Source of the DNA: Pseudomonadota bacterium
GTDB taxonomy: Bacteria; Pseudomonadota; Gammaproteobacteria; Steroidobacterales; Steroidobacteraceae
NCBI GenBank assembly: GCA_947459825.1
Contig: CANHFH010000002.1
Span: 17,150 to 81,149, forward strand
Length of the DNA: 64,000 bases
Direction of reading: 5' to 3'
Shown here: in pieces, positions 47,729 to 59,388 of the stretch
Layout: each line of letters opens with the position of its first letter
How positions within the stretch are numbered: the stretch's first letter is position 1
The notes under the pieces: model-generated
Database searches by the model: none
The model's input: the letters and a program-made list of their open reading frames with translations, nothing else
What the model was told of the DNA's origin: nothing
Made by a program: the position numbers and the translations under genes

Positions 47729-48445
47729 ATGGCTGCGATCAAGATAGACAAGAAGATCTCCAAGTACCGCGTGCAGAAGCCGGGCGGCGAGCCCGTGCCC
47801 GCCGCGACCGCCACCAATGTCGCCGAGCTGCCCACCAGCCACGGCGGCAAGGTCGTGCGCCTGACGGAGGAGGTCCAGCGCCCCGAGGTGCTGATCGGCT
47901 CCACATACAAGATCAAGACGCCGGTCTCCGACCACGCGATGTATGTCACGATCAACGACATCATCCTCAACGAAGGCACCGAGCACGAGCAGCGTCGCCC
48001 GTTCGAGGTCTTCATCAACAGCAAGAACCTCGACCACTACCAGTGGATCGTGGCGCTGACGCGCATCATCTCCGCCGTGTTCCGCAAGGGCGGTGATGTC
48101 GCGTTCCTCGTCGAGGAGCTGAAGGCCGTGTTCGACCCGCGCGGCGGCTACTGGCAGCCGGGCGGCAAGTTCATGCCCTCGATCATCGCCGAACTCGGCC
48201 ATGTCATCGAGAAGCACCTGCAGACCATCGGCCTGATGGGGCGCACCGAGCTCGACGAGCACCAGAAGAAGCTCATCGACGAGAAGCGCGCCGAGTTCGA
48301 GGCCCGCGGCAAGCAGACCGACGCCTTCTCCAAGTCGCACTTCCCCGAAGGCGCGCAGCTCTGCAGCAAGTGCAGCACCGCCGCCGTCGTGATGATGGAC
48401 GGCTGCATGACCTGCCTGAACTGCGGGGACTCGAAGTGCGGCTGA
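47729..48445 (+). CDS. nrdJ: class II ribonucleotide reductase C-terminal fragment (NrdJb-like) with terminal Cys cluster
   Basis: 238 aa, starting 12 nt after the nrdJa stop. It contains YKIKTP..DHAMYVTIND and ends CSKCSTAAVVMMDGCMTCLNCGDSKCG. Confidence 0.85.
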   Translation: MAAIKIDKKISKYRVQKPGGEPVPAATATNVAELPTSHGGKVVRLTEEVQRPEVLIGSTYKIKTPVSDHAMYVTINDIILNEGTEHEQRRPFEVFINSKNLDHYQWIVALTRIISAVFRKGGDVAFLVEELKAVFDPRGGYWQPGGKFMPSIIAELGHVIEKHLQTIGLMGRTELDEHQKKLIDEKRAEFEARGKQTDAFSKSHFPEGAQLCSKCSTAAVVMMDGCMTCLNCGDSKCG

Positions 48446-49674
48446 GGCCGCTGGCCTCGACCCTCCGTCCCCCGCTGCTCATCCTCGCGCTCCTGCTTGC
48501 AGGCGCGGGGCTATCGGGCGTCGCGTCCGCTCAATCCGTCATGCCGCGCTACACCGAGCTGCAGCGCGATGTCGACTTCTGGATCCGCGTCTACACCGAG
48601 ATCAGCACGCGGCAGGGCTTCGTGCACGACGCACGCAACCTCGGCGTGGTCTACGGCGTCGCGGCGCTGCCCGATGCGCCGCCGGGGTCCGACCCGCGGC
48701 GCGAGGCCATCACCGCCGCGCGCGACCGTTGGTCCGCCGCGCTGCGCGCCGCCGCCGACGCGCTCACCGCCGGGCAGCCGCTGCAGGGCGATGCCGCGTG
48801 GGTCACGACGGTGTGGCGCGATGCGCTCGGCCGCGATCCCGATGCCGCGGTGCTCACCGCCGCGTTGGCGGATGTGCGCTTCCAGCTCGGTCAGGCCGAC
48901 CGGTTCCGTGCCGGGGTCGAGCGCTCGGGTGCTTGGCGCGAGCACATCGCCGCCGTGATCGCCGCGGCGCAGCTGCCGCCGGAGCTCATCGCGCTGCCGC
49001 ATGTCGAGTCGTCCTTCGATCCGACCGCGTACTCGAAGGTCGGCGCCGCCGGGATGTGGCAGTTCATGCCGGGCACGGCGCGGCTCTACATGCGCGTCGA
49101 CGGAGCGGTCGACGAGCGCATGGACCCGTTCCGCGCCACCGAGGCCGCGGCGCAGCTGCTGGCCAACAATTTCCGTCTGCTGGGGTCATGGCCGCTGGCG
49201 CTCACCGCCTACAACCACGGCGCCGCCGGCATGCGCCGCGCGCGCGACGCCATGGGCACCGACGATTTCGCGGTGATCGCGCGCCGCTACCGCGGCCCGG
49301 CGTTCGGTTTCGCCTCGCGCAACTTCTATCCCTCGTTCCTCGCCGCGCTCACCATCGATCAGGATCCGCAGCGCTACTTCCCGGGCGTGCAGCGGGCCGC
49401 GCCGCTGCGCCCCGTCGAGATCGCGCTGCCGACGGCGGTGGCGGCGGCGGAGCTCGGCCGTGTGCTCGACCTGCCGCAGCCGATGCTGCGTGAGCTCAAC
49501 CCCGCGCTGCGCCCCGCGGTCTGGAACGGCGAGCGGCCGGTGCCGGCGGGGTATCGGCTGCGGCTGCCGACCGGGAGTCCCTGGACGCCCGAGCGGCTCG
49601 CGGCCGTGCTGCGCGTCACGCCTTCGGCGCCCGGCGCCGCAGGAGCCACCGCGAGCGACACCGCCGCGCCCTGA
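48436..49674 (+). CDS. lytic murein transglycosylase (SLT domain, MltD-like)
   Basis: The start is taken at GTG 48436, overlapping the nrdJb stop. It has a signal peptide. The SLT motif is LPHVESSFDPTAYSKVGAAGMWQFMPGTA...AYNHG. Confidence 0.8.
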   Translation: MRLRPLASTLRPPLLILALLLAGAGLSGVASAQSVMPRYTELQRDVDFWIRVYTEISTRQGFVHDARNLGVVYGVAALPDAPPGSDPRREAITAARDRWSAALRAAADALTAGQPLQGDAAWVTTVWRDALGRDPDAAVLTAALADVRFQLGQADRFRAGVERSGAWREHIAAVIAAAQLPPELIALPHVESSFDPTAYSKVGAAGMWQFMPGTARLYMRVDGAVDERMDPFRATEAAAQLLANNFRLLGSWPLALTAYNHGAAGMRRARDAMGTDDFAVIARRYRGPAFGFASRNFYPSFLAALTIDQDPQRYFPGVQRAAPLRPVEIALPTAVAAAELGRVLDLPQPMLRELNPALRPAVWNGERPVPAGYRLRLPTGSPWTPERLAAVLRVTPSAPGAAGATASDTAAP

Positions 49675-49707
49675 CCCGCGCCTACAATCAACGCCTATAA
49701 TCAGCGG

Positions 49708-50289
49708 ATGGGTCTGCCGTCACGCTGGTGCATCGCGATGCTGTGGGTCGTCCTCTCGGCCGTCGCGCCTGCCGCGAACGCTGCGACCGCCGCGACCGCC
49801 GCCAGCGCATCCTCGACGCCCAACTTCGACTCGCGCACCGCGCGGCTGCGCGACTCCGACCTCCCCATCGCGACCCATGTGGTGGTGCACAAGGCCGAGC
49901 GCCGCCTCGAGATCTTCCAGGGCGATGAGCAGCTGCGCGAGTTCCGCATCGCGCTCGGCGGCGACCCCACCGGCCACAAGATGTTCGAGGGCGATTCGCG
50001 CACGCCGGAAGGCCGCTACATGCTCGGCGCCCGCAACGCACGCAGCGAGTTCTTCCTCTCGATGCATGTCTCCTACCCGAACGCTACCGACACCGCGCGC
50101 GCCCGGAAGATGGGCCGGCGCCCCGGCGGTCTGATCATGGTCCACGGTCAGCCGAACGAGCCGAAGCGCTCCGCACGCTATTACGAGAGCGAGGACTGGA
50201 CCGACGGCTGCATCGCGCTCACCAACGCCGACATGATGGAGTTCTGGCTGCTGGTGCCCTCCAACACCCCGATCGACATCCGGCCCTGA
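49708..50289 (+). CDS. L,D-transpeptidase (YkuD) family protein
   Basis: It has a signal peptide. The catalytic region reads GLIMVHG....TDGCIALTN. Confidence 0.8.
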   Translation: MGLPSRWCIAMLWVVLSAVAPAANAATAATAASASSTPNFDSRTARLRDSDLPIATHVVVHKAERRLEIFQGDEQLREFRIALGGDPTGHKMFEGDSRTPEGRYMLGARNARSEFFLSMHVSYPNATDTARARKMGRRPGGLIMVHGQPNEPKRSARYYESEDWTDGCIALTNADMMEFWLLVPSNTPIDIRP

Positions 50290-50312
50290 TCCCGCGCCGC
50301 CCGAGAGACCCC

Positions 50313-51701
50313 ATGGAAACCAGCATCGTCATCCCCGAGTCCGTCGACGCGCGCGTCGCGCCGCGCGGCGCGCTCGAGACGCTCTCGCAGGAGGAGATGG
50401 AGCAGCTTCTGTCGAGCGGGCAGGGCGGCCTGTATCCGCTCTTCCGCCGCTGCGCGCTCGCCGTGCTCAACGCCGGCAGCGACACCGACGACGCGCGCGC
50501 CATCTTCGAGCGCTACCGCGATTTCGACATCAAGCTCGTGCGCCACTCCTTCGGCGTCAAGCTCGAGATCAAGAACGCCCCCGCGATGGCCTTCGTCGAC
50601 GGGCAGATGATCCGCGGCACCAAGGAGCTGCTGTTCGCGGTGCTGCGCGATGTGGTCTACACCGCCAACGAGATCGTCGAGAGCGGCCGCTTCGACCTCA
50701 GCAAGCCCCAGTCCATCACCAACGCCGTGTTCCACATCCTGCGCAACGCGCGGCTGATGGGCCACAAGCTGCGGCCGAACCTGGTCGTGTGCTGGGGCGG
50801 CCACTCCATCAACCGGGTCGAATACGAGTACACCAAGAAGGTCGGCTACGAGCTCGGCCTGCGCGGCCTCGATGTCTGCACCGGCTGCGGTCCGGGCGCC
50901 ATGAAGGGCCCGATGAAGGGCGCGACCATCGGCCACGCCAAGCAGCGCATCGTCGGCGGCCGCTACATCGGCCTCACCGAGCCCGGCATCATCGCCGCCG
51001 AGCCGCCGAACCCCATCGTCAACAACCTCGTGATCCTGCCCGACATCGAGAAGCGGCTCGAGGCCTTCGTGCGCGTGGCGCACGGCCTCGTCGTGTTCCC
51101 GGGCGGCGTCGGTACCGCCGAGGAGATCTTCTACCTGCTCGGCATCCTGCTCGACCCGGCGAACGCCGCGCAGCCGTTCCCGCTGGTGCTCACCGGTCCG
51201 CGCGCGAGCGCGGAATACTTCGAGCGCATCCGCACCTTCCTCGCCGGCACGCTCGGCCCCGCCGCGCTCGAGCGCATCCGCATCGTCATCGACGACCCCG
51301 CCGAGGTCGCGCGCATCATGGACCGCGGCGTCGAGACCGTGCGCGAGTTCCGCCGCCGCGAGTCCGACTCCTACAACTACAACTGGCTGCTGCGCATCGA
51401 CCCCGAGTTCCAGCGGCCCTTCGAGGTGACCCACGCCTCGATGCGCACCCTGCGCCTGCACCGCGACCAGCCGGTGCACGAGCTCGCCGCCGACCTGCGC
51501 CGCGCGTTCTCCGGCATCGTCACCGGCAACGTCAAGGAGCACGGCATCCGCGCCATCGAGCGCCACGGCCCCTTCGAGATCGTCGGCGACCCCGCCATCA
51601 CCCACATGCTCGACGAGCTCCTCGCCTCGTTCGTGGCCCAGCAGCGCATGAAGCTGCCCGGCTCGGCCTATGTGCCCTGCTACCGGGTGGTGAAGGGCTG
51701 A
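50313..51701 (+). CDS. ppnN: nucleotide 5'-monophosphate nucleosidase PpnN/YgdH (LOG family)
   Basis: 462 aa with [24 protein letters not shown] and the LOG motif [11 protein letters not shown]. Confidence 0.8.
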   Translation: METSIVIPESVDARVAPRGALETLSQEEMEQLLSSGQGGLYPLFRRCALAVLNAGSDTDDARAIFERYRDFDIKLVRHSFGVKLEIKNAPAMAFVDGQMIRGTKELLFAVLRDVVYTANEIVESGRFDLSKPQSITNAVFHILRNARLMGHKLRPNLVVCWGGHSINRVEYEYTKKVGYELGLRGLDVCTGCGPGAMKGPMKGATIGHAKQRIVGGRYIGLTEPGIIAAEPPNPIVNNLVILPDIEKRLEAFVRVAHGLVVFPGGVGTAEEIFYLLGILLDPANAAQPFPLVLTGPRASAEYFERIRTFLAGTLGPAALERIRIVIDDPAEVARIMDRGVETVREFRRRESDSYNYNWLLRIDPEFQRPFEVTHASMRTLRLHRDQPVHELAADLRRAFSGIVTGNVKEHGIRAIERHGPFEIVGDPAITHMLDELLASFVAQQRMKLPGSAYVPCYRVVKG

Positions 51702-51729
51702 ACCGCAGGCGGCGGGCGTCCGACGCGCC

Positions 51730-52272
51730 ATGCTCATCGCCTTCAACAAGCCCTACGGAGTGCTCTGCAAGTTCACGCCGGAGCCCGGGAGGTCGACGCT
51801 CGCGGATCACATCCGCATCCCGCGCGTCCATCCCGCAGGCCGTCTCGACCACGACAGCGAGGGTCTGCTGCTGTTGACCGATGACGGGCCGCTGCAGGCG
51901 CGCATCACCGAACCGCGGCACAAACTGCCCAAGGTCTACTGGGCGCAGGTGGAGGGCCTCGTGACCGAGGAGGCCCTCGCGAGGCTGCGGCAGGGCGTGG
52001 ATCTCGGCGATTTCACGACCCGTCCCGCCGAGGCGCAGCGCATCGACGAACCCCCGGACCTCTGGTCGCGCGATCCACCCATCCGCTATCGGGCCCGCAT
52101 CCCGACCTCCTGGGTCGAGCTCACCCTGCGCGAAGGCCGCAACCGTCAGGTGCGTCGCATGACGGCCCGGGTCGGCTTCCCGACGCTGCGGTTGGTACGC
52201 GTACGGATCGGCCGCATCGGTCTCGAGGGGCTTGCGCCCGGATCCTGGCGCGAGGTGACGATACCCCCTTGA
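51730..52272 (+). CDS. rluE: RsuA/RluE-family rRNA pseudouridine synthase
   Basis: It starts [14 protein letters not shown], has the catalytic motif [18 protein letters not shown], and contains [11 protein letters not shown]. Confidence 0.8.
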   Translation: MLIAFNKPYGVLCKFTPEPGRSTLADHIRIPRVHPAGRLDHDSEGLLLLTDDGPLQARITEPRHKLPKVYWAQVEGLVTEEALARLRQGVDLGDFTTRPAEAQRIDEPPDLWSRDPPIRYRARIPTSWVELTLREGRNRQVRRMTARVGFPTLRLVRVRIGRIGLEGLAPGSWREVTIPP

Positions 52273-52295
52273 AACCACACGCCTTGGCCCCATGC
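52268..52295 (+). promoter_or_regulatory. sigma-32-type heat-shock promoter for htpG
   Basis: CTTGAAA (52268-52274)-N13-CCCCATGC (52288-52295) lies about 40 nt upstream of the htpG ATG and overlaps the rluE stop. Confidence 0.65.
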
Positions 52296-52336
52296 TGCAA
52301 AGGCCCTTGTGTGCGGGCCTCGCGTGGAGCTCTGAC

Positions 52337-54283
52337 ATGACCGAACCGACGACCGCGTCGACCGACCCTTCCAGCGCCGGCAACGGCGCCCCCACCCCCC
52401 CGAACAGCGCAGAGAAGCACGGCTTCCAGGCCGAGGTGCGTGAGCTACTGAAGCTCATGATCCACTCGCTCTACAGCCACCGCGAGATCTTCCTGCGCGA
52501 ACTCATCTCGAACGCCTCGGACGCCAACGACAAGCTGCGTTTCCTGGCGCTCGCCCAGCCTGACCTGATGGCGGGCGAGGCCGAGCTCAAGGTCTGGGTG
52601 GACTACGACGCGGCCAAGGGCACGCTCTCCATCCGCGACAACGGCATCGGCATGACGCGCGAGGAGGCGATCGCCCACCTCGGCACCATCGCCAAGTCGG
52701 GCACCGGGGAGTTCTTCAAGCGGCTCACGGGCGATCAGCAGAAGGACTCGCAGCTCATCGGCCAGTTCGGCGTCGGCTTCTATTCGGCGTTCATCGTCGC
52801 CGACGAGGTCGAGGTGTTCACCCGCAAGGCGGGCGAGCCGGCCTCCGCCGGTGTCCGCTGGGCCTCGAAGGCCGACGGCGACTTCACCATCGAGACCTCG
52901 CCGCGCGAGGAGCGCGGCACGATGGTGGTGCTGCATCTCAAGGACGACGCCAAGGACTTCGCCGACGGTTGGCGGCTGCGCTCGTTGGTGCGCCGCTATT
53001 CGGACCACATCGCCTTCCCGGTGCTGATGCGCAAGGAGGGCGAGGCCAGCCTCGACTGGGAGCCCGCCAACCAGGGGCAGGCGCTGTGGACGCGGCCGCG
53101 CAGCGAGGTCACGGACGACGAATACAAAGAATTCTACCGGCATGTCGCGCACGACTTCGCCGACCCCCTCGCCTGGAGCCACAACAAGGTCGAGGGCAAG
53201 CGCGAGTACACCTCGCTGCTCTACATCCCCGGCCGTGCGCCCTTCGACCTCTACCAGCGCGACGCCTCGCGGGGCCTCAAGCTCTATGTGCGACGCGTGT
53301 TCATCATGGACGACGCCGAGCAGTTCCTGCCGATGTACCTGCGCTTCATGCGCGGCGTACTCGATTCAAACGACCTGCCGCTCAACGTCTCGCGCGAGCT
53401 GCTGCAGAAGGACGCCGAGGTCGAGGCGATGCGCGCCGCGCTCACGAAGCGTGCGCTGGATCTCCTCGCGCGGCTCGCCAAGGATGAGCCCGAGAAGTAC
53501 GCCGCGTTCTGGAAGGAGTTCGGACCGGTGCTGAAGGAAGGCACGGGCGAGGACCCCTCGAACCGCGACAAGATCCTGCCGCTGCTGCGTTTCGCGAGCA
53601 CCCATGAGGAGTCGGACGAGCCGAAGACGACGCTCGCCGAGTACATCGCCCGCATGAAGACCGGGCAGGACCGCATCTACTACCTCATCGCCGACACGGT
53701 GACCGCGGCCCGCGGCAGCCCGTATCTCGAGCAGCTGCGCGCCAAGGGCGTCGAGGTGCTGCTGCTCGCCGATCGCGTCGACGAGTGGATGATGGGCCAC
53801 CTGCGCGAGTTCGAAGGCAAGCGCTTCAAGGACGCCGCGCGCGGCGACCTCGAGCTCGGCGGGCTCGAGGGCGAGGCCGACAAGGCCGCGGCCGAGGCGG
53901 CGCTCAAGGACGCCGAACCCCTGCTCAAGCGCCTCAAGGACGCGCTCGGCGAACGCGTGAGCGAGGTCAAGGTCAGCACCCGCCTCGCGGATTCGCCGGC
54001 CTGTCTCGTGCTCGACGAAGGGGATGTCGGCGCGCAGATGCGCCGCATCCTGGCCGCTGCGGGACAGCCCGTACCCGAGGCCCAGCCCGCGCTCGAGGTC
54101 AACGCCGGCCACCCGTTGCTGCGGCGGCTCGAGGCGACGCCGGACGGCGAGGGGTTCAACGACCTCGCGCTGCTGGTGTTCGACCAGGCGAAGTTGGCCG
54201 AGTCCGGCTCGGTCGCCAACCCCGGGGAGTTCGTACGGCGGCTGAACCGCCTGCTCGGGCAGTTGATGACCCCGGGCGGCTGA
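52337..54283 (+). CDS. htpG: molecular chaperone HtpG (Hsp90)
   Basis: The start is taken at ATG 52337. It contains [34 protein letters not shown] and [11 protein letters not shown]. Confidence 0.95.
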   Translation: MTEPTTASTDPSSAGNGAPTPPNSAEKHGFQAEVRELLKLMIHSLYSHREIFLRELISNASDANDKLRFLALAQPDLMAGEAELKVWVDYDAAKGTLSIRDNGIGMTREEAIAHLGTIAKSGTGEFFKRLTGDQQKDSQLIGQFGVGFYSAFIVADEVEVFTRKAGEPASAGVRWASKADGDFTIETSPREERGTMVVLHLKDDAKDFADGWRLRSLVRRYSDHIAFPVLMRKEGEASLDWEPANQGQALWTRPRSEVTDDEYKEFYRHVAHDFADPLAWSHNKVEGKREYTSLLYIPGRAPFDLYQRDASRGLKLYVRRVFIMDDAEQFLPMYLRFMRGVLDSNDLPLNVSRELLQKDAEVEAMRAALTKRALDLLARLAKDEPEKYAAFWKEFGPVLKEGTGEDPSNRDKILPLLRFASTHEESDEPKTTLAEYIARMKTGQDRIYYLIADTVTAARGSPYLEQLRAKGVEVLLLADRVDEWMMGHLREFEGKRFKDAARGDLELGGLEGEADKAAAEAALKDAEPLLKRLKDALGERVSEVKVSTRLADSPACLVLDEGDVGAQMRRILAAAGQPVPEAQPALEVNAGHPLLRRLEATPDGEGFNDLALLVFDQAKLAESGSVANPGEFVRRLNRLLGQLMTPGG

Positions 54284-54325
54284 CCGCCCCGCAGCGGCCG
54301 CCGGTCGGCATGCCATAATCGCGGC

Positions 54326-54769
54326 ATGGCGACCGGCACCCCGCCCAACCCGCCCGCGACCTGCGGCGCGACCGACGACCTGCGCGATCGGCTCTCGCCG
54401 CTCGCCTTCGAGGTCACGCAGCACAAGGGCACGGAGCGCGCCTTCACGGGCGCGTTCACCCACAACAAGGAACGCGGCACCTACGGTTGCGTGTGCTGCG
54501 GCGCGGATCTCTTCGCCTCCGACACCAAGTACGACTCGGGTTCCGGCTGGCCGAGCTTCTGGACGCCGCTCGCCGGCGACCGCGTGCGCGAGATCCGCGA
54601 CACGAGCCACGGCATGGTGCGCACCGAGGTGGTCTGCGCGGCCTGCGGCGCGCATCTCGGCCATGTGTTCGACGACGGACCGCGGCCCACCGGGCTGCGC
54701 TACTGCATCAACTCCGTGTCGCTGTCGTTCGCGCCGGCCTCCGGGACTGCGTCGGGGGCCGAGCCATGA
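54326..54769 (+). CDS. msrB: peptide-methionine (R)-S-oxide reductase
   Basis: It contains [31 protein letters not shown] and RYCINS. Confidence 0.9.
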   Translation: MATGTPPNPPATCGATDDLRDRLSPLAFEVTQHKGTERAFTGAFTHNKERGTYGCVCCGADLFASDTKYDSGSGWPSFWTPLAGDRVREIRDTSHGMVRTEVVCAACGAHLGHVFDDGPRPTGLRYCINSVSLSFAPASGTASGAEP

Positions 54770-55347
54770 CGCTGCGCGCTGCCGCCACCATCATCCTCGT
54801 GCTGATGGGTCTCACCGTGCTCGCGATGCGCGTCGTGCCAGAGCTCTTCTATCGAACTCCGACGGCCGAGGCAGCGGATGCGGGTCCGCCTGCGGGCCTC
54901 ACGGAGCCTGAGTTGCCCGCCGGGATCGCCGAGGCCATGCCCGTCGATGCTGGACAAGCCCCTGCCCCCACCACCGTACCTCCTGGAGCGCCCATGTCAC
55001 CTGATCAACTGCAAGCCCAAGACCTCGAGCCGGGCACCGGTCCTGCCGTCGCTGCCGGACAGACCGCGGTGGTCCATTACACCGGCTGGCTGTGGGATGC
55101 CGCGGCGCCCGACAACAAAGGCCGCAAGTTCGACAGCTCGCGCGACCATGGCGATACCTTCTCTTTCCGCGTCGGCGGGGGAGAGGTCATCCGTGGTTGG
55201 GACCAGGGGGTCGAGGGCATGAAGGTCGGCGGCAAGCGGCGGCTCGTGATCCCGCCGGAACTCGGGTACGGCGCGCGCGGCGCGGGCGGCGTGATCCCGG
55301 GCGGCGCCACCTTGGTCTTCGATGTCGAACTGATGGGCATCCGCTGA
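54766..55347 (+). CDS. FKBP-type peptidyl-prolyl cis-trans isomerase, membrane-anchored or secreted
   Basis: ATG 54766 overlaps the msrB stop (ATGA). It contains VHYTGWL....FDSSRD....[34 protein letters not shown]. Confidence 0.85.
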   Translation: MTLRAAATIILVLMGLTVLAMRVVPELFYRTPTAEAADAGPPAGLTEPELPAGIAEAMPVDAGQAPAPTTVPPGAPMSPDQLQAQDLEPGTGPAVAAGQTAVVHYTGWLWDAAAPDNKGRKFDSSRDHGDTFSFRVGGGEVIRGWDQGVEGMKVGGKRRLVIPPELGYGARGAGGVIPGGATLVFDVELMGIR

Positions 55348-56660
55348 TGGCCGCGCGTCGGCGCGCCGTGGCGGCGACCGCGATGATGGTGTCGACGGCG
55401 CTCGCTGCGATGGTCGGATCGCAGGCGTCCGCCGCCACGCTCATACACGCCGGTCGCGTCGTCGACGGCGTCACCGACAAGGTGCAGCGCGAGCGCACGG
55501 TCGTGGTCGACGGCGGCCGCATCGTCGCGATCGAGGCGGGCTACCGCGCGCCCGGTGCGGGCGACACCGTCATCGACCTGCGCGGCTCGACCTTGATGCC
55601 GGGCCTGATGGACATGCATGTCCATCTCACGAGCGAATACAGCCGTAGCAGCGCCGGCGACGCGTTCCGCAAGAACGGTACGGATGTCGCGCTCGACGGC
55701 GCGATGTTCGCCGAGCGTACGCTGCAGGCGGGTTTCACCACGGTGCGCGACCTCGGCGACACCTTCTTGGCCTCGATCGCGCTGCGCAACGCCATCAACG
55801 CCGGTAAGGTGCCGGGGCCGCGCGTCTTCGCGGCCGGCAAGTCGATCGCCACCACCGGCGGCCATGCCGACCCGACCAACGGCTGGGCCCAGCATCTCGG
55901 CGGACGCGATGTTGGCCCCGCGGAGGGCGTGGTCAACGGGCCGGAGCAGGCGGCGCAGGCCGTACGACAGCGCTACAAGGACGGCTCGGACGTCATCAAG
56001 ATCACCGCCACCGGCGGCGTGCTCTCGATCGCCAAGAACGGGCTCAACCCCCAGTTCACCGAGGACGAGATCCGCGCGGTCGTCGCCACGGCGCGCGACT
56101 ACGGCTTCACGGTGGCCGCGCATGCGCACGGCGCGGAGGGCCTCAAGCGCGCGGTGCGCGCCGGCGTCGACACCATCGAGCACGGCACCTTCATGGACGA
56201 GGAGGGCATGAAGCTCATGAAGGAGCGCGGCACCTGGTATGTGCCGACCATCACGGCGGGCCGCTGGGTGTTCGACCGTTCGCAGGAGCCGGGTTTCTTC
56301 CCGGAGATCGTGCGGCCGAAAGCCGCCACCATCGGGCCGCTGATCCAATCGACCTTCGGCAAGGCCTACAAGGCGGGCGTGAAGATCCTGTTCGGCACCG
56401 ACACGGGCGTCTCGGCCCACGGCGACAACGCGCGCGAGTTCGTGCTGATGGTCGAGGCGGGCATGCCCGCGATGGCGGCGATCCAATCGGCGACCTCGCT
56501 GCCCGCGAAGTTCCTCGGCATCGACGAGCAGCTCGGCAGCGTGCAGGTCGGCAAGACCGCCGATCTCGTCGCGGTGCCCGGCGATCCGCTCGCGGACATC
56601 ACGGCGATGCAGCGTCTGCACTTCGTCATGAAGGATGGCGTCGTCCACCGTCGGCCCTGA
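55347..56660 (+). CDS. secreted metal-dependent amidohydrolase-family protein
   Basis: ATG 55347 overlaps the FKBP stop (TGATG). It has a signal peptide. Motifs present: [26 protein letters not shown]. Confidence 0.8.
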   Translation: MAARRRAVAATAMMVSTALAAMVGSQASAATLIHAGRVVDGVTDKVQRERTVVVDGGRIVAIEAGYRAPGAGDTVIDLRGSTLMPGLMDMHVHLTSEYSRSSAGDAFRKNGTDVALDGAMFAERTLQAGFTTVRDLGDTFLASIALRNAINAGKVPGPRVFAAGKSIATTGGHADPTNGWAQHLGGRDVGPAEGVVNGPEQAAQAVRQRYKDGSDVIKITATGGVLSIAKNGLNPQFTEDEIRAVVATARDYGFTVAAHAHGAEGLKRAVRAGVDTIEHGTFMDEEGMKLMKERGTWYVPTITAGRWVFDRSQEPGFFPEIVRPKAATIGPLIQSTFGKAYKAGVKILFGTDTGVSAHGDNAREFVLMVEAGMPAMAAIQSATSLPAKFLGIDEQLGSVQVGKTADLVAVPGDPLADITAMQRLHFVMKDGVVHRRP

Positions 56661-57321
56661 CGGCGGGCGCCGGCTGATCGCCGGCGCTGCGGGCGACATC
56701 GAGCTCATCGTCGACCTGCCGGCGGCCGCGCCGCGCGCGGTCGCGGTGTGCTGTCATCCGCACCCGCTCTTCGGCGGCACGCTCACCAACAAGGTGATCC
56801 ACACCGTGGCGCGCAGCTTCACGGCGCAGGGCGCTGCGGCGGTGCGCTTCAATTTCCGTGGTGTGGGCGCTTCGCAGGGAGCGCATGACGACGGCATCGG
56901 CGAGACCGACGACCTGGTGACGGTCGCGGACTGGGCGCGGTCGCGGTGGCCGGACCTGCCGCTGTGGCTCGGCGGGTTCTCGTTCGGGTCGTATGTCGCG
57001 CTGCGCGGCGCCGCGCGGCTCGCACCCGCGCTGCTGGTGACGGTCGCGCCGCCCGTCGGCCGCTGGGACTTCTCGTCCATCGCCGCGCCGTCCTTCCCGT
57101 GGCTCGTGGTGCAGGGCAGCGAGGACGAACTCGTACCCGCCGCAGGCGTCGTCGCATGGGCGCAGACCCTGCAGCCGGCGGTGCGCATCGCGATGCTCGA
57201 CGGCGCGACGCATTTCTTCCATGGCCGCCTGCACGAGCTGCAGGACACGGTGTCGGCGTTCGTCGTCGATGCGGCGCCCGCCGCCGGAGCGGCGTCCGAC
57301 GCTCAGGCGTACATCGAGTAG
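56635..57321 (+). CDS. alpha/beta-fold hydrolase
   Basis: 228 aa with [10 protein letters not shown], the nucleophile elbow GGFSFGS, and HFFHG. It overlaps the upstream gene by 26 nt if ATG 56635 is used. Confidence 0.7.
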   Translation: MASSTVGPDGGRRLIAGAAGDIELIVDLPAAAPRAVAVCCHPHPLFGGTLTNKVIHTVARSFTAQGAAAVRFNFRGVGASQGAHDDGIGETDDLVTVADWARSRWPDLPLWLGGFSFGSYVALRGAARLAPALLVTVAPPVGRWDFSSIAAPSFPWLVVQGSEDELVPAAGVVAWAQTLQPAVRIAMLDGATHFFHGRLHELQDTVSAFVVDAAPAAGAASDAQAYIE

Positions 57322-57971
57322 CCCACGCCGCGCACGGTGTGGATCAGCGGTCGCTCGAATTCTTTGTCGACCGCCTGCCGCAGGCGGCTGACATGCACAT
57401 CGACGATGTTGGTCTGCGGATCGTAATGGATGTCCCAGACGCTCTGCAGCAGCATCGCCCGGGTGACGACCTTGCCGGCGTGCCGCGCGAGGTACTCGAG
57501 CAGCCGGAACTCGCGCGCGGTGAGGTCGAGCGCGCGGCCGGCGCGGCTCGCGCGCCGCTGCAGCAGGTCGAGCTCGAGGTCGTCGACGCGCAGCGTGGTG
57601 AGCGCGGCGCTCGCGGAGCGGCGCAGCAGCGATTCGACCCGCGCCACCAGCTCCTCGATGGCGAACGGCTTGCCGAGATAGTCGTCGCTGCCGGCGCGCA
57701 GTCCGCGCACGCGTTCATCCACGGCATCGAGCGCGGAGAGGACCAGGATGGGCGTGCGGTCGCCCGACTCGCGCAGCCGGCGGACGATGTCCAGTCCGTC
57801 GATCTGCGGCAACATGCGGTCGGTGATGACGGCCGAGAAGCCGCCGCCCAGCGCCGCCGCGAGACCGGCCGCGCCTTCGGCGACATGGGTGACCGTGAGG
57901 TCGCGCGCAGCCAAAGCCGCCGTGACCTCGGCGGCGAGCGCGAGGTCGTCCTCGATGAGCAGCAGCGGCAT
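57303..57971 (-). CDS. OmpR-family response regulator
   Basis: The start is taken at ATG 57971 (MPLLLIEDD...). The receiver Asp lies in VITDRMLP, followed by GKPF. The C-terminal winged helix reads TAREFRLLEYL...VRGVGY. Confidence 0.9.
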   Translation of the reverse strand: MPLLLIEDDLALAAEVTAALAARDLTVTHVAEGAAGLAAALGGGFSAVITDRMLPQIDGLDIVRRLRESGDRTPILVLSALDAVDERVRGLRAGSDDYLGKPFAIEELVARVESLLRRSASAALTTLRVDDLELDLLQRRASRAGRALDLTAREFRLLEYLARHAGKVVTRAMLLQSVWDIHYDPQTNIVDVHVSRLRQAVDKEFERPLIHTVRGVGYSMYA

Positions 57972-58035
57972 GGCAGATCCCATCCTGTCCGAGATTGTAG
58001 TCCGGGGCTCCGTCGGCCGTGGCATCCTTCGCCCC

Positions 58036-59388
58036 ATGACCCCGTGGATCTTCGACCGCCGCGCGATGCTCGCCGGGGCGCTCGCCCTGACGGCGGTCGT
58101 CATCGCTTTCGTCGGTGCGTTCTGGTGGCTGCAGACCCGGATGATGGCGGTGCATGTGCGCGAGACCTATTCGCTGCTCGACCAGGACCTGAGCCTGCGG
58201 CAGCGGTTGGGCGAGCTGCTCGGCCGACAGACGCTGACGCAGACCCTGGAAGTGCGTCGGGCGGTGCTGCCCGAGGCGCCCGAGTTCGTGCTGCTCGATG
58301 CGCGTGGCGAGGCGCTGGTGGGCGACCTCAAGACCGTGCCCGGCGGGCGTGCGGTGCTGTCGGCGCCCGCATTGCGCATGCAGTTCGCCCACGAGGACGG
58401 TTCACGCAGCTATGTCGTGGCGCGACGCCTCGACGACGGCGCGGCGCTGATCATCAGCCGGCGCGACAACGCCGCACGGGAGATGGCGTTGTCGCTGGGT
58501 CTCGCGGGTCTGGTGGCGACGACGGTGGTCATCCTCGTCGCTCTGCTCGCCGGTTGGGTGTTCAACCGCTTCGTGCTCGACCATGTATCCGGCCTGGCGG
58601 CGGCGGCACGCGACATCCAGCGCGGGCAGATGGCGGCGCGGGCACCGGCGCGGCAGCGGCTCGACGCGCTCGGCGCGCTCACCAGCACGGTCAACGAGAT
58701 GCTCGACCAGAACGAGGCGTTGGTCGGCGGCATGCGCACCGTGACAGAGAGCCTCGCGCACGACCTGCGCGCGCCGCTGATGCGGGTCGGCCGCGCCATC
58801 GGCGCGGCGCGGGGCGCAGCCGAGGAGTCCGTGCGCGAGGTGCATCTGCGCGACGCCGAGACGGAGGCCACGCGCGCGCTGCAGACCTTCAACGCGCTGG
58901 TCGACCTCGCGCGCGCCGAGGCGGGTCTGTCGCGCGACGCGATGGAGCCGGTGGATGTCGGCGCGTTGACCGCCGATCTCGCGGAGTTCTTCGGACCGCT
59001 CGCCGAGGAGCGCGGGCAGCGGCTCGAGTGCCGCATCGACTCATGCCAGGTGGTGGCGCACCGCCAGATCCTCGCGCAGGCCATCGGCAACCTGCTCGAG
59101 AACGCCATCAAGTACGCACCGCGCGGCTCCCGACTCGAGCTCGAGGTGCACAAGCTGGGCACCGGTGGCGCGGAGGTGCTGGTGCGCGACGAGGGTCCGG
59201 GCATCCCCGAGCATGCGCGCGAGCAGGCGTTGCGACCGTTCGTGCGCCTCGAAGGGGCGGCGCAGCAACCCGGCAAGGGACTCGGGCTCGCGATCGCGGC
59301 GGCGGTCGCTCGGCTGCACCGCGGGAAGCTGCTGCTCGAGGGCGCCGAGCCCGGGCTGCGCGTACGCCTGCAGCTCAACCCGGTCTGA
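58036..59388 (+). CDS. sensor histidine kinase (divergent from the response regulator)
   Basis: The start is taken at ATG 58036. It has two TM segments. The H-box is SLAHDLRAPL, the N-box is NLLENAIKYA, and the G-boxes are DEGPGIP and GKGLGLAI. Confidence 0.85.
   Translation: MTPWIFDRRAMLAGALALTAVVIAFVGAFWWLQTRMMAVHVRETYSLLDQDLSLRQRLGELLGRQTLTQTLEVRRAVLPEAPEFVLLDARGEALVGDLKTVPGGRAVLSAPALRMQFAHEDGSRSYVVARRLDDGAALIISRRDNAAREMALSLGLAGLVATTVVILVALLAGWVFNRFVLDHVSGLAAAARDIQRGQMAARAPARQRLDALGALTSTVNEMLDQNEALVGGMRTVTESLAHDLRAPLMRVGRAIGAARGAAEESVREVHLRDAETEATRALQTFNALVDLARAEAGLSRDAMEPVDVGALTADLAEFFGPLAEERGQRLECRIDSCQVVAHRQILAQAIGNLLENAIKYAPRGSRLELEVHKLGTGGAEVLVRDEGPGIPEHAREQALRPFVRLEGAAQQPGKGLGLAIAAAVARLHRGKLLLEGAEPGLRVRLQLNPV

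Noticed and set aside
45539-48340. 933-aa minus-strand ORF.
   Set aside because: It is antisense to nrdJa/nrdJb.
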